NCBI GenBank assembly: GCA_036478295.1
Contig: JAZGDW010000192.1
Span: 1 to 15,867, forward strand
DNA from: Candidatus Krumholzibacteriia bacterium
Lineage (GTDB): Bacteria; Krumholzibacteriota; Krumholzibacteriia; WVZY01
Length of the DNA stretch: 15,867 nt
Reading direction: 5' to 3'
The position numbers and the translations under genes are program-made. Below, one piece after another: positions 1 through 8,515 of the stretch. The notes under the pieces are model-generated. The model did not search any database and had not been told where the DNA came from. It saw only the letters and a list, made by a program, of their open reading frames with translations. Each line of letters starts with the position of its first letter. Position 1 is the stretch's first letter.

Positions 1-738
1 TTCGAGCGCGAGATTCGATTCGAGGGCGTGGGCTTCGAGTACATCCCGGGGAGAAAGGTGTTGAGCGGCATCGACTTCTCTGTATCGCCGGGCGAGGTAA
101 TCGCGCTGGTCGGTCCGAGCGGCGCCGGCAAGACAACACTGGTGGATCTGGTACCTCGTTTCTACGAAGTGACGGAGGGACGGATTTTGTTCGACGGGGT
201 GGATATCCGCGATATCGACCTGGGGTCGCTTCGGGGTTTGATGGGTCTGGTGACGCAAGACGTCATCCTGTTCAATGACACGGTACGAAACAACATCGCT
301 TACGGCTTGCGCGATTGCCCGCTGGAGGAGGTGACGCGCGCTGCGAAGGCGGCCAACGCGGACGCGTTCGTTCGCGCGCTGCCCAACGGTTACGACACGC
401 TCATCGGCGAGCGCGGGACGCAGCTCTCCGGAGGGCAGCGCCAGCGCATATCGATCGCGCGTGCGATCCTGAGAGACCCGCAGATCCTCATATTCGACGA
501 GGCCACCAGCGCCCTGGATACCGAAAGTGAAGTACTGGTGCAGCAAGCAATCGACTGCCTGCTGAAGGGACGAACCACCTTTGTCATCGCCCACCGCCTG
601 TCTACCATCCAAAACGCGGACAAAATCATGGTGATCGAAGACGGTATCGTGCGCGAATTTGGAACGCACAGCGAACTGATCGATTCGGAAGGCGTCTACA
701 AAAAGCTCTATGATCTGCAGTTCGGCCTCGTTTCGTAA
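1..738 (+). CDS. msbA: ABC transporter nucleotide-binding domain (3' part, 5'-truncated), MsbA/lipid A-core flippase-like
   Basis: Frame is open from base 1 (FEREIRFEGVGFEY...). Walker A GPSGAGKTT, Q-loop VTQD, signature LSGGQRQR, Walker B IFDEATSALD, H-loop IAHRLST and C-terminal GVYKKLYDLQF are typical of MsbA/ABCB half-transporters. It directly precedes LPS core genes. The msbA symbol rests on context because the membrane domain lies outside the window. Confidence 0.8.
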   Translation, partial: FEREIRFEGVGFEYIPGRKVLSGIDFSVSPGEVIALVGPSGAGKTTLVDLVPRFYEVTEGRILFDGVDIRDIDLGSLRGLMGLVTQDVILFNDTVRNNIAYGLRDCPLEEVTRAAKAANADAFVRALPNGYDTLIGERGTQLSGGQRQRISIARAILRDPQILIFDEATSALDTESEVLVQQAIDCLLKGRTTFVIAHRLSTIQNADKIMVIEDGIVREFGTHSELIDSEGVYKKLYDLQFGLVS

Positions 739-746
739 GCGCCGTG

Positions 747-1805
747 ATGAAGACCGAATCCCGCAACCTTCTCGTGGTCGCATCCAACTGGCTCGGGGAT
801 GCGGTGATGAGCCTGCCGCTGCTCGGGTTCATGTCCGGGCTCCCGGGCGCGCGCGTGACCGTTCTTGCACAGGGTTATACCGCGCGTGTTTTCTGGGGGA
901 TCGACCAGGTGCATCGGCTCGTGGTCCTCGCCAAGGATGGCCCAACACGCCGCCTGTGGAAGAGGATGCGCTCGCTCCACGCCCTGGGTTTCCATGGAGC
1001 GGTAGTGCTGCCCCCGTCGTTTTCGTCAGCGTTGACCACGTTTCTCGGGCGCGTGCCCCATCGGGTTGGATTCGCAGGGGACGGGCGCGGGCTGCTCTTG
1101 AGCGAGGCGTCGCCGTCTGGGAACCTGCGTCGGGAGCATCTGTCGGAGAACTACCTGCGGCTCGGGAGGGTGCTGAGTCGCCGTCTGCAACTCGGTGACG
1201 CACACGACAGAGGGACGCCGGTAATCCGGGTTTTCGGCCACGAGCGAGACCAGGTGAAAAGTATCCTGGAATCGCAGGGGGCGCCGCCAGGGGACTACGC
1301 CGTGGTCGTGCCCGGTGCGACCTACGGTGAGACGAAGGCCTGGCCGCAGAAGGAGTACCGAAATCTGGTAGGGCGACTGCGCGGTGAAATGCCGGTGGTT
1401 CTCGCCGGCGGATCCGGGGAGCGACGGCTATGCGAGGTGGTTGCCGAGGGTTTGAAAGGCGTCTATAATCTGGCGGGTTTGACGACCCTGGGGGAACTTT
1501 TTGCCCTGCTCGAGGGGGGGCGGGTGCTGGTGGCGAACGACAGCGGCGCGCCGCACGCGGCGGCCTCGTTGGGCACGCCCGTCGTAGTGATTTTCGGGTC
1601 CACGTCGCCCACGTGGACGCGGCCGTTGGGGGACGTGGTGCGCGTGGTGCGGGAACCGGTTCACTGCGCGCCCTGCTTCCGCAAGAAGTGCCCGACGCAC
1701 CTCGAGTGTTACCAGGGTATTTCGGCGGATGACGTCTTTGCGGAATCGATTTCCGCGATAGGCCGGGCCGCCGGAAGTTCTGGAGCACGGGCGCGGTACT
1801 CGTGA
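747..1805 (+). CDS. waaF: GT9 ADP-heptose:LPS heptosyltransferase II-like
   Basis: N-terminal SNWLGDAVMSLP (WaaF-type W-x-G-D), VLPPSFSSAL, VPGATYGETKAWP, ANDSGAPHAAASLGTPVVVIFGST and C-terminal CAPCFRKKCP..EC. Start is ATG 747 or GTG 744. Confidence 0.85.
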   Translation: MKTESRNLLVVASNWLGDAVMSLPLLGFMSGLPGARVTVLAQGYTARVFWGIDQVHRLVVLAKDGPTRRLWKRMRSLHALGFHGAVVLPPSFSSALTTFLGRVPHRVGFAGDGRGLLLSEASPSGNLRREHLSENYLRLGRVLSRRLQLGDAHDRGTPVIRVFGHERDQVKSILESQGAPPGDYAVVVPGATYGETKAWPQKEYRNLVGRLRGEMPVVLAGGSGERRLCEVVAEGLKGVYNLAGLTTLGELFALLEGGRVLVANDSGAPHAAASLGTPVVVIFGSTSPTWTRPLGDVVRVVREPVHCAPCFRKKCPTHLECYQGISADDVFAESISAIGRAAGSSGARARYS

Positions 1806-1830
1806 CCCGGTCGGAACAGGGGACTTGTGT

Positions 1831-2856
1831 ATGAAAGACGATCGTTTCAACAAATTGCTCGATGCTTTTCGTTCCAAGAGAATCACCGTCATCGGCGACT
1901 TTATCCTGGACGAATACCTGATTGGCGATACCCGTCGCGTATCGAGGGAGGCGCCTGTCATCGTGATCGACTACCGGGAAAGCCACTATCATCCGGGCGG
2001 TGCGGCGAACGCCGCCCAGAATGTGACCGCACTCAAAGCCGATGCCCGCGTTTTCGGGGTGGTCGGGGCAGACCGGGACGGCGAAGTCCTCAGCGACCTC
2101 CTTGCCTCAAAAGGCGTGAACGTTTCCAATCTGGTGAAGGATAGGGTGGTGACCACCGCTGTCAAAACGCGCATACTGGCCGGCGAGCTACACGCGCAGA
2201 AACAACAGATTGCGCGTATCGATCGCTCGTGTGTCGTGCCCACCGAGAGCGCCGCACGGGAAACGCTCGGCGCGGCGATAACGCAGATGACCACCGATAG
2301 CGATGCAGTGTTGTTCTCCGATTACGGCATGGGTTTGATCCCCGGCTCACTGAGCGCAGCCGTCATTGACGCGTGCCGCGCGAGGTCGATTCCCGTGGTG
2401 GTCGACAGCCGCTTCAATCTTCTCCGCTTCGGCGGAGCGACCGTGGCGACGCCCAACGAGGTCGAGCTCTACGAGGCGCTGAAACTGAAGGACCACGAGC
2501 GCAAGGATCTGGACGCGCTGGCGCGGCGCGTGCTTACCGAGCAGGATCTGGCGGGTCTGGTCGTTACGCGAGGTAGCCAAGGCATGCGCGTGTTCGACAG
2601 CGACGGGGAGGGAGAGAGTGTGGGGATCGTGGGCAGTCGCGACGTGACCGATGTCACTGGCGCCGGTGATACGGTAGCCGCGGCACTGGCGCTGTCGCTT
2701 GCCGCCGGCGCGAGCCTGGCGGAAGCGGCGGAGATTGCGACCTACGCGGCCGCGGTCGTGGTGATGAAGCGAGGAACCGCGACGGTCGGCCACGATGAGC
2801 TGACCGCCATCCGTGACAAACACCCCTGTCCGCTGATCGGCGGTGAAAATGCATGA
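1831..2856 (+). CDS. rfaE1: D-glycero-D-manno-heptose-7-phosphate kinase (stand-alone HldE/RfaE domain I, PfkB family)
   Basis: VIGDFILDEYLIGDTRRVSREAPV, PGGAANAAQN, KTRILA, FSDYGMG, TPNEVE, VTRGSQGM and the PfkB signature DVTGAGDTV. ATG 1831 has AGGGG upstream at 1818-1822. Confidence 0.9.
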   Translation: MKDDRFNKLLDAFRSKRITVIGDFILDEYLIGDTRRVSREAPVIVIDYRESHYHPGGAANAAQNVTALKADARVFGVVGADRDGEVLSDLLASKGVNVSNLVKDRVVTTAVKTRILAGELHAQKQQIARIDRSCVVPTESAARETLGAAITQMTTDSDAVLFSDYGMGLIPGSLSAAVIDACRARSIPVVVDSRFNLLRFGGATVATPNEVELYEALKLKDHERKDLDALARRVLTEQDLAGLVVTRGSQGMRVFDSDGEGESVGIVGSRDVTDVTGAGDTVAAALALSLAAGASLAEAAEIATYAAAVVVMKRGTATVGHDELTAIRDKHPCPLIGGENA

Positions 2857-3359
2857 GCCGCGAGGCCGCACGGGTTTTTCGAAGCGCCGTCGGAGTCAAG
2901 CGGTACATCCGGCGTACCGGCAAGAGAACCGTCGTTCTTGCCAACGGGTGTTTCGACCCGCTGCACGTCGGGCATGTGCGGTACCTGTACGGGGCCAGCG
3001 AGTACGGTGATTTTTTGGTTGTCGCCATAAACGACGACAAGAGCACGCGTGCACTCAAAGGACCCAGACGCCCCGTCATGCCGGCTGGTGACCGCGCGCG
3101 TCTCGTGGCCCAACTGGAAATGGTAGACGCGGTGTTGATCTTTTCGGCGGCGGATGTCCGGCGGGTCCTGAAAACACTGCTGCCCCGCTTTCACGCCAAG
3201 GGGACGGACTATACGAAAGACACCGTGCCCGAGCGGGAACTGTGCCGGGATATAGGTATAGAGACGGTGATCGTCGGCGATCCCAAGGCCCACGCGTCGC
3301 GCGACATCGTGGGCAAGATCAAGAATACACAAAAGGGGAGTGAGGTGAGCACGGAGTGA
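2853..3359 (+). CDS. rfaE2: D-glycero-beta-D-manno-heptose 1-phosphate adenylyltransferase (stand-alone HldE/RfaE domain II, cytidylyltransferase family)
   Basis: NGCFDPLHVGHVRYL (HxGH), GDFLVVAINDDKSTRALKGPRRP, HAKGTDY. ATGA overlap with the kinase gene. Confidence 0.88.
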   Translation: MSREAARVFRSAVGVKRYIRRTGKRTVVLANGCFDPLHVGHVRYLYGASEYGDFLVVAINDDKSTRALKGPRRPVMPAGDRARLVAQLEMVDAVLIFSAADVRRVLKTLLPRFHAKGTDYTKDTVPERELCRDIGIETVIVGDPKAHASRDIVGKIKNTQKGSEVSTE

Positions 3360-4444
3360 AGGCGGACCTCGTACGCGTGGTGACCGAAGAGCTAGGTCAA
3401 GGGGGCAGGATCCTCGTCAGCCGGCTGCAGTATCTCGGGGACGTCATCCTGTCGCTGCCGCTCGTGCAGGCGCTTCGGCGGCGGTTCCCCAACGCGGAAA
3501 TCGATTACTTGACCCGCGAGCAGGGAGCCGGAGCTCTGGCCGGGGAAGCAGCGTTTGGACGCGTATTTCGCCTGCCCGAAAAACACGAGGGAACGGTCGC
3601 GATGATTCGCCTGGTCCGCGAACTTCGCCGGCGACGATACAGCGCGTCGATCGATCTCTACTCCAATCCCCGCAGCGCGTTGCTCACCTGGCTCTCCGGT
3701 GCGAAGCTGCGAATCGGCGGCGCGCGGCGCGTCCGCCGCCACCTGTACACGCACGCGGTGCGGGTGCCGCCCTCTGTCAGGGCCGCCACCGAGCACCATC
3801 TTTACTACGCGAAATGTCTCGGTGTGGAAGGGCCGCCCGTCAAACCCAGTCTGGTTGTTTCGGATGCCGAACGCACGCGGGCACGCGAGACCCTGGCGTC
3901 GCTGGGCGGCGGTCAGGGACTGTCGATAGGGATCCACCCCGGCGGCAAGTGGGAAGTGAAACGCTGGCCCGTCGAGAGTTTTGTGTCACTGGCGGGCCGT
4001 CTCGCGGACCGTGGTGACCGGGTTGTGGTGCTCTGTGGGCCAGGTGAAGAGGGCTACAGGGACGCCGTCCGCGCCGAGCTTGGCGAGCGAGCGGTCTACG
4101 CTCCCGTGCTGCCGGTGCGCGACACCGCGGCGATCATTAGCGAGCTCGCCGGCATGGTGGTTTGCGACGGCGGCATGATGCATGTGTCAGTGGCCGTGGA
4201 CACGCCGACCGTGGGCATTTTCGGAAGCAGCGAGCCGGAGGTGTGGTTTCCATATGAAGATCTCGGACCGTATACGCCGGCATGGACGCCAATAACCTGT
4301 CGGCCCTGCCACCAGCACACTTGTGATCACCTCAGCTGTTTGAACTATTTGACCGTGGACATGGTGAAGCAGAAGCTGGACGCGGTGTTGAACCGTGCGA
4401 CTTCGCCAGGTCCCATAGTGCGGTCACAGGAAACGTCAGCATGA
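3356..4444 (+). CDS. Glycosyltransferase family 9 (heptosyltransferase-like)
   Basis: RILVSRLQYLGDVILSLPLVQALRRRFPNAEIDYL, GIHPGGKWEVKRWP, VCDGGMMHVSVAVDTPTVGIFGSS, CRPC..C..C. GTGA overlap with the upstream gene. Confidence 0.9.
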   Translation: MKADLVRVVTEELGQGGRILVSRLQYLGDVILSLPLVQALRRRFPNAEIDYLTREQGAGALAGEAAFGRVFRLPEKHEGTVAMIRLVRELRRRRYSASIDLYSNPRSALLTWLSGAKLRIGGARRVRRHLYTHAVRVPPSVRAATEHHLYYAKCLGVEGPPVKPSLVVSDAERTRARETLASLGGGQGLSIGIHPGGKWEVKRWPVESFVSLAGRLADRGDRVVVLCGPGEEGYRDAVRAELGERAVYAPVLPVRDTAAIISELAGMVVCDGGMMHVSVAVDTPTVGIFGSSEPEVWFPYEDLGPYTPAWTPITCRPCHQHTCDHLSCLNYLTVDMVKQKLDAVLNRATSPGPIVRSQETSA

Positions 4445-5511
4445 AAAAAACTACCTCGACCATACTGGCCGTGCGCCTCAGACAGTTGGGTGACGTTCTC
4501 GCCACGCTGGGCACGCTGCGTGCCATCAAGCGAGCGGCGCCGGACAAACGGCTCGTTTTTATGGTCGACGCCCATTACCACGATCTGCTCGAGAACGTTC
4601 CCTTCGTCGACTTGCTGCTGCCACAGCCGCCGAAACTCGCCGGCGTGCAAGGGCTGGCGCACTTCACCCACTTTGTGGAGGAACTGCGGGGCCTGGAGGT
4701 CGATTGCGTGCTCGATTTTCATTCGAACACGAGAAGCGCCCTTTTGGCATGGCTGTCCGGTGCACCGGTGCGAATCGGGTTCGACGTGCGCCTGCGCAAA
4801 CTTCTTTACACCGACGTCGAACCGCGGGCTGTTTTTGAAAATGGTCACAAGAAGGCCCGGACGGCGCACGAATCCGCTATGGCGCTTGCTCGCAGGTGCG
4901 GCGTTTCGGACCTGAAAGACGACGGATACAATACGCTCGCCGTGTCTGTGGAAGAACTGGCGACGGGGAAGCGCGCGTTATTGGCGAGCGGCGTGGGCGA
5001 CGAGCACGGCCTGCCGCAAGCGGTCGTGGGCATCAACCCAGGCAATCCCTATCCGGCCAAAGCGTGGCCCGAAGCGTCATTTGTTGAATTAGCACGGAGG
5101 CTCGTGGCGAGCGGCAAGTCGGTCGTGGTGTTGTGGGGACCGGGAGAGCGGCAGCGCGCCGACGCGATTACGGCCGGCGCGGGCAAAGGTGTGACCATCG
5201 CGCCGGCGATGCCCCTCAAAGCAATGCCGGGCTTCGTGAGCCACATGGCGCAGATTGTAACCATCGACTCCGGATTGAAGCACCTCGCCGTGGCGGTAGG
5301 CGTACCGACGGTGACACTCTTCGGCCCGACACATCCCGAAGAGTGGCACATGGGGGGTGAGCGTGACCGTTACCTGTACGAAAACCTCTCTTGCTCCCCC
5401 TGCAGGCTGCTCGTTTGCCCGTTCGGCGACCATCCATGCATGACACGGATCGCTCCCGATACCGTCCTAGACGCCGTCGCGGCAATCGACCAGCAGGCGG
5501 CGATCCAATGA
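4441..5511 (+). CDS. Glycosyltransferase family 9 (heptosyltransferase-like)
   Basis: ILAVRLRQLGDVLAT, GINPGNPYPAKAWP, TIDSGLKHLAVAVGVPTVTLFGPT, CSPCRLLVCP..HPCM. ATGA overlap. Confidence 0.9.
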   Translation: MKKTTSTILAVRLRQLGDVLATLGTLRAIKRAAPDKRLVFMVDAHYHDLLENVPFVDLLLPQPPKLAGVQGLAHFTHFVEELRGLEVDCVLDFHSNTRSALLAWLSGAPVRIGFDVRLRKLLYTDVEPRAVFENGHKKARTAHESAMALARRCGVSDLKDDGYNTLAVSVEELATGKRALLASGVGDEHGLPQAVVGINPGNPYPAKAWPEASFVELARRLVASGKSVVVLWGPGERQRADAITAGAGKGVTIAPAMPLKAMPGFVSHMAQIVTIDSGLKHLAVAVGVPTVTLFGPTHPEEWHMGGERDRYLYENLSCSPCRLLVCPFGDHPCMTRIAPDTVLDAVAAIDQQAAIQ

Positions 5512-7373
5512 ACCTGTCTAAGATATCCGCTATCGTGACGTCGTTCAACGAGGCGGCCAATATTACGCGCTGCCTCGATGGGCTGGAGGGTTTCGGTGAG
5601 ATTATCCTGGTGGATTCGTTCAGCGCTGATGACACGCTGGAGCTGGCGCGCAAGTACCCCGTGACGATCTACCAGCGGCCCTACGAGTCCGCAGCCAGAC
5701 AAAAGAATTGGGCTCTGGATCGCGCGCGGTATCCGTGGGTCTTGATTCTGGACGCGGACGAGGCACTAACGGAACCGCTGAAGCGGGAGATCGCGGAGCT
5801 CGATGAGACGAGTTCGGCGGACGGTTTCTGGATACGGCGACAGAGCGACTACCTCGGTCACACCATCAAGCACTGCGGCTGGCAGCGTGACAAGGTACTG
5901 CGGCTTTTCCGGCGGGATCTCGGACGCTACAAGGAGAAGGCCGTGCACGAAGAGGTGACGTTGAACGGCCGCATAGCGATGATGAGGGACAAACTCCAAC
6001 ATTTCCCCTACACCAAGGTCGAGGCCCATTTCAGAAAGATCCGTGAATACAGCAGCCGTGGAGCGATAGACTACGTCGCGAACGGCGGCCGCCTGGCACC
6101 CGTCAACATGCTGCTGCATCCGCCGTTCCGGTTCCTTCGCATGTACCTGCTGCAGCTCGGCATCCTGGACGGACCCAAGGGGTTCGTTCTCTGTTTGCTC
6201 TCCTCCTACGGTGTCTACCTCAAGTACGCGAAGGCGTGGAAGCGGCAACGATCGCGACGCAAAAGTACAGAACTAAGAAAGGTCTGTTTCTTCGGCGGTT
6301 ACACCGAGGGTTACCCGCGGAACGAGGTGCTGCGCAAGGGGCTCTTGAAGCGGGGTGTGGAGGTGTGCACCTGCCGGACGTCCCCGCGACGGCGCCTGCT
6401 CACACGCTACGCTGAGCTGCTGTATCGCTACCTGAAGATGAAGCGTGATTTCGAGGTAATCTACGTGCCCGAGTTCCGGCACAAGGACGTTCCGCTGGCA
6501 TACGTGCTGGCCAGGCTCAGCGGCAAACGGGTGATTTTCGATCCACTCGTATCCAGACTCGACACCAAGATCAACCGGGGCGACGCCACCGAGGGATCCT
6601 TTCAGGCCTGGCACAACCGCAATCTCGATCGCATCTCTCTCTCCATGTGCGATCTCGTTCTGTCGGACACGCAGGCGCACGCGGACTACTACGTGAACGA
6701 ACTTCACGCCACAAGGGAGAAAATACGCGTACTGCCCGTCGGGTTCGATGAGGATCTCTTCAGCCCGAACAGCATCACTCGTGATCGGCGCGAAGGCACC
6801 TGCCGCGTATTGTTCGTCGGCAGCTACCTGCCTCTCCACGGTGTAGACGTGATCGTGCGGGCCGCGAAGCTGCTGGCGAGCGAGGACATCGAATTCATTC
6901 TCATCGGCGGCGGTCAGACGTTTCGTTCCGTGGCGCAGTTCGTGAAGGAACACAAGCTGTCCAGGGTTCAGCTTCGTGGCAACGTTCCCATGGAACAACT
7001 GGCCGCGCACCTGACGGATGCGGACATCAGCCTTGGTGTGTTCGGGCCTACGGCAAAGACGACGCGCGTGGTGGCCAACAAGGTGTTCCAGTCGATGGCC
7101 GTGGGCAGGCCCGTCATCACGGCCGATACCAGTGCGGCACGGGAATTCTTTTCCGAGGGTGAAAACATTTGCCTGGTGCCGGCCGGGGACGCCGAGGCGC
7201 TCGCGGAACGCATACGAGAGCTTGCGCGCGAACCGGCGCGGCAGCAGCGAATAGGCGCGTCGGGCGCCAGGCTGGTGCACGAGCGTTTTTCGAGCCCTTC
7301 GATCGCGGATCTGTTTCTCCGCTACACCGGGGAACTGCTGGGACAGTCCACGTCGTCAATGGAGACACGATGA
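5508..7373 (+). CDS. Two-domain glycosyltransferase: N-terminal GT2 (WaaE/KdtX beta-glucosyltransferase-like) fused to C-terminal GT4
   Basis: Real start is probably ATG 5508 (ATGA overlap), not 5391. GT2 part: ISAIVTSFNEAANITRCL, VDSFSADDT, QKNWAL, WVLILDADE (DxD), LRLFRR, VHEEV, GILDG..GF..KYAK. GT4 part from about 6275: KVCFFGGY..YPRN, VLFVGSYLPLHGVDVIVRAA, ADISLGVFG, NKVFQSMAVGRPVIT. Confidence 0.88.
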   Translation: MNLSKISAIVTSFNEAANITRCLDGLEGFGEIILVDSFSADDTLELARKYPVTIYQRPYESAARQKNWALDRARYPWVLILDADEALTEPLKREIAELDETSSADGFWIRRQSDYLGHTIKHCGWQRDKVLRLFRRDLGRYKEKAVHEEVTLNGRIAMMRDKLQHFPYTKVEAHFRKIREYSSRGAIDYVANGGRLAPVNMLLHPPFRFLRMYLLQLGILDGPKGFVLCLLSSYGVYLKYAKAWKRQRSRRKSTELRKVCFFGGYTEGYPRNEVLRKGLLKRGVEVCTCRTSPRRRLLTRYAELLYRYLKMKRDFEVIYVPEFRHKDVPLAYVLARLSGKRVIFDPLVSRLDTKINRGDATEGSFQAWHNRNLDRISLSMCDLVLSDTQAHADYYVNELHATREKIRVLPVGFDEDLFSPNSITRDRREGTCRVLFVGSYLPLHGVDVIVRAAKLLASEDIEFILIGGGQTFRSVAQFVKEHKLSRVQLRGNVPMEQLAAHLTDADISLGVFGPTAKTTRVVANKVFQSMAVGRPVITADTSAAREFFSEGENICLVPAGDAEALAERIRELAREPARQQRIGASGARLVHERFSSPSIADLFLRYTGELLGQSTSSMETR

Positions 7374-8515
7374 CTGGGTTTCGCGACCTCAAGGTTCTCA
7401 TGGTCGATTCGGAGTCGACCTGGCGCGGGGGAGAGGGCCAACTCGAGCTCTTGATGCGCGGTCTGCTGGCGAAGACAGGATTTGCGGTCACCCTTGCCGC
7501 ACCGGCCGGCTCGGCGATCGCGGGCCGGGCCGAGGCGCTGGGAGTGCCGTTCGTGCCTCTGGCAGTTTCCGGAGGCATGGATCTTGCGGCGGCATGGAAA
7601 CTGAGAGGACACCTGCGAGCGAATCATTATGACATCTTACATTGCCATTCATCCCACGCCCATGGCGTTGCGTTGCTGGCCATGAAAAGCATGTTTGCAG
7701 GAAACGCGTGGTCGAAGCCCGCACTCGTGGTTAGCCGTCGGGTTGATTTTCCGGTGGCGACGAATCGCTTCAGCGCCGTTAAATACCGTGGAGGCGTTGA
7801 CGCATACGTCGCCATCTCGCGTGGCGTGCGTGACGCGCTCATCGAGGGCGGCGTGGAGGAGAGCCGCATCGCTCTGGTACGAAGCGGTATCGATCTGGAT
7901 AAGTTTGCGCGTGTGGAGGATATTGGTTATCTTTATGAAGAGTTTGGAATATCAGCACAGACTCCGGTGATCGGCAATATTGCCGCACTGGCCCCTCATA
8001 AGTCACAGGCGGATTTCATCCGCGCCGCCGCATTCGTAGCAAAACAATTGGATGGAGCAAAATTCTTTGTTGTGGGCGAAGGCAAGTTACGGCCAGAGCT
8101 CGAACGCTTGATAGAGGATCTACGATTGAACGACGACGTGTTTCTGACCGGCTTCCGAAGTGACGTGCTGGAGCTGCTCTCCATGTTCGACTGCTTCGTA
8201 CTCTCTTCGTACCTCGAAGGGCTCTGTACGTCGATCATGGACGCGCAGGTGATAGGGGTGCCCGTGGTGGCGACGCGTACCGGCGGAGTGCCGGACCTGG
8301 TCGATGACGGAGCGACGGGGCTGTTGGTGCCGCCGAGGCGGCCCGAGCTCCTCGCGAATGCCATAGTACGCATGATGACTGAGGCTGGACTGAGAGAATC
8401 GTGCGCAGCCGCCGCGATGACAAAGTCCAGAACGTACGACTACTGCGACATGGTCGACGGCACCGTGGACGTCTATCGGAGCATGGTGGAGCGGCGCATG
8501 GGGGTGGCCCGGTGA
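7370..8515 (+). CDS. Glycosyltransferase family 4 (GT-B)
   Basis: Start ATG 7370 (GGAG at 7361-7364, ATGA overlap). WRGGEGQ, DILHCHSSHAH, VVSRRVDF, GIDL, IAALAPHKSQ, FLTGFRSDV, SSYLEGLCTSIMDA (E-x7-D), PVVATRTGGVPDLV. Confidence 0.92.
   Translation: MTGFRDLKVLMVDSESTWRGGEGQLELLMRGLLAKTGFAVTLAAPAGSAIAGRAEALGVPFVPLAVSGGMDLAAAWKLRGHLRANHYDILHCHSSHAHGVALLAMKSMFAGNAWSKPALVVSRRVDFPVATNRFSAVKYRGGVDAYVAISRGVRDALIEGGVEESRIALVRSGIDLDKFARVEDIGYLYEEFGISAQTPVIGNIAALAPHKSQADFIRAAAFVAKQLDGAKFFVVGEGKLRPELERLIEDLRLNDDVFLTGFRSDVLELLSMFDCFVLSSYLEGLCTSIMDAQVIGVPVVATRTGGVPDLVDDGATGLLVPPRRPELLANAIVRMMTEAGLRESCAAAAMTKSRTYDYCDMVDGTVDVYRSMVERRMGVAR

Noticed and set aside
829..1992. 387-aa minus-strand ORF (and similar ones at 6273-7280, 11065-11748 and 14182-15057, plus 13055-13789 on +)
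   Set aside because: Antisense shadows of well-supported genes in GC-rich DNA, with no recognisable motifs.
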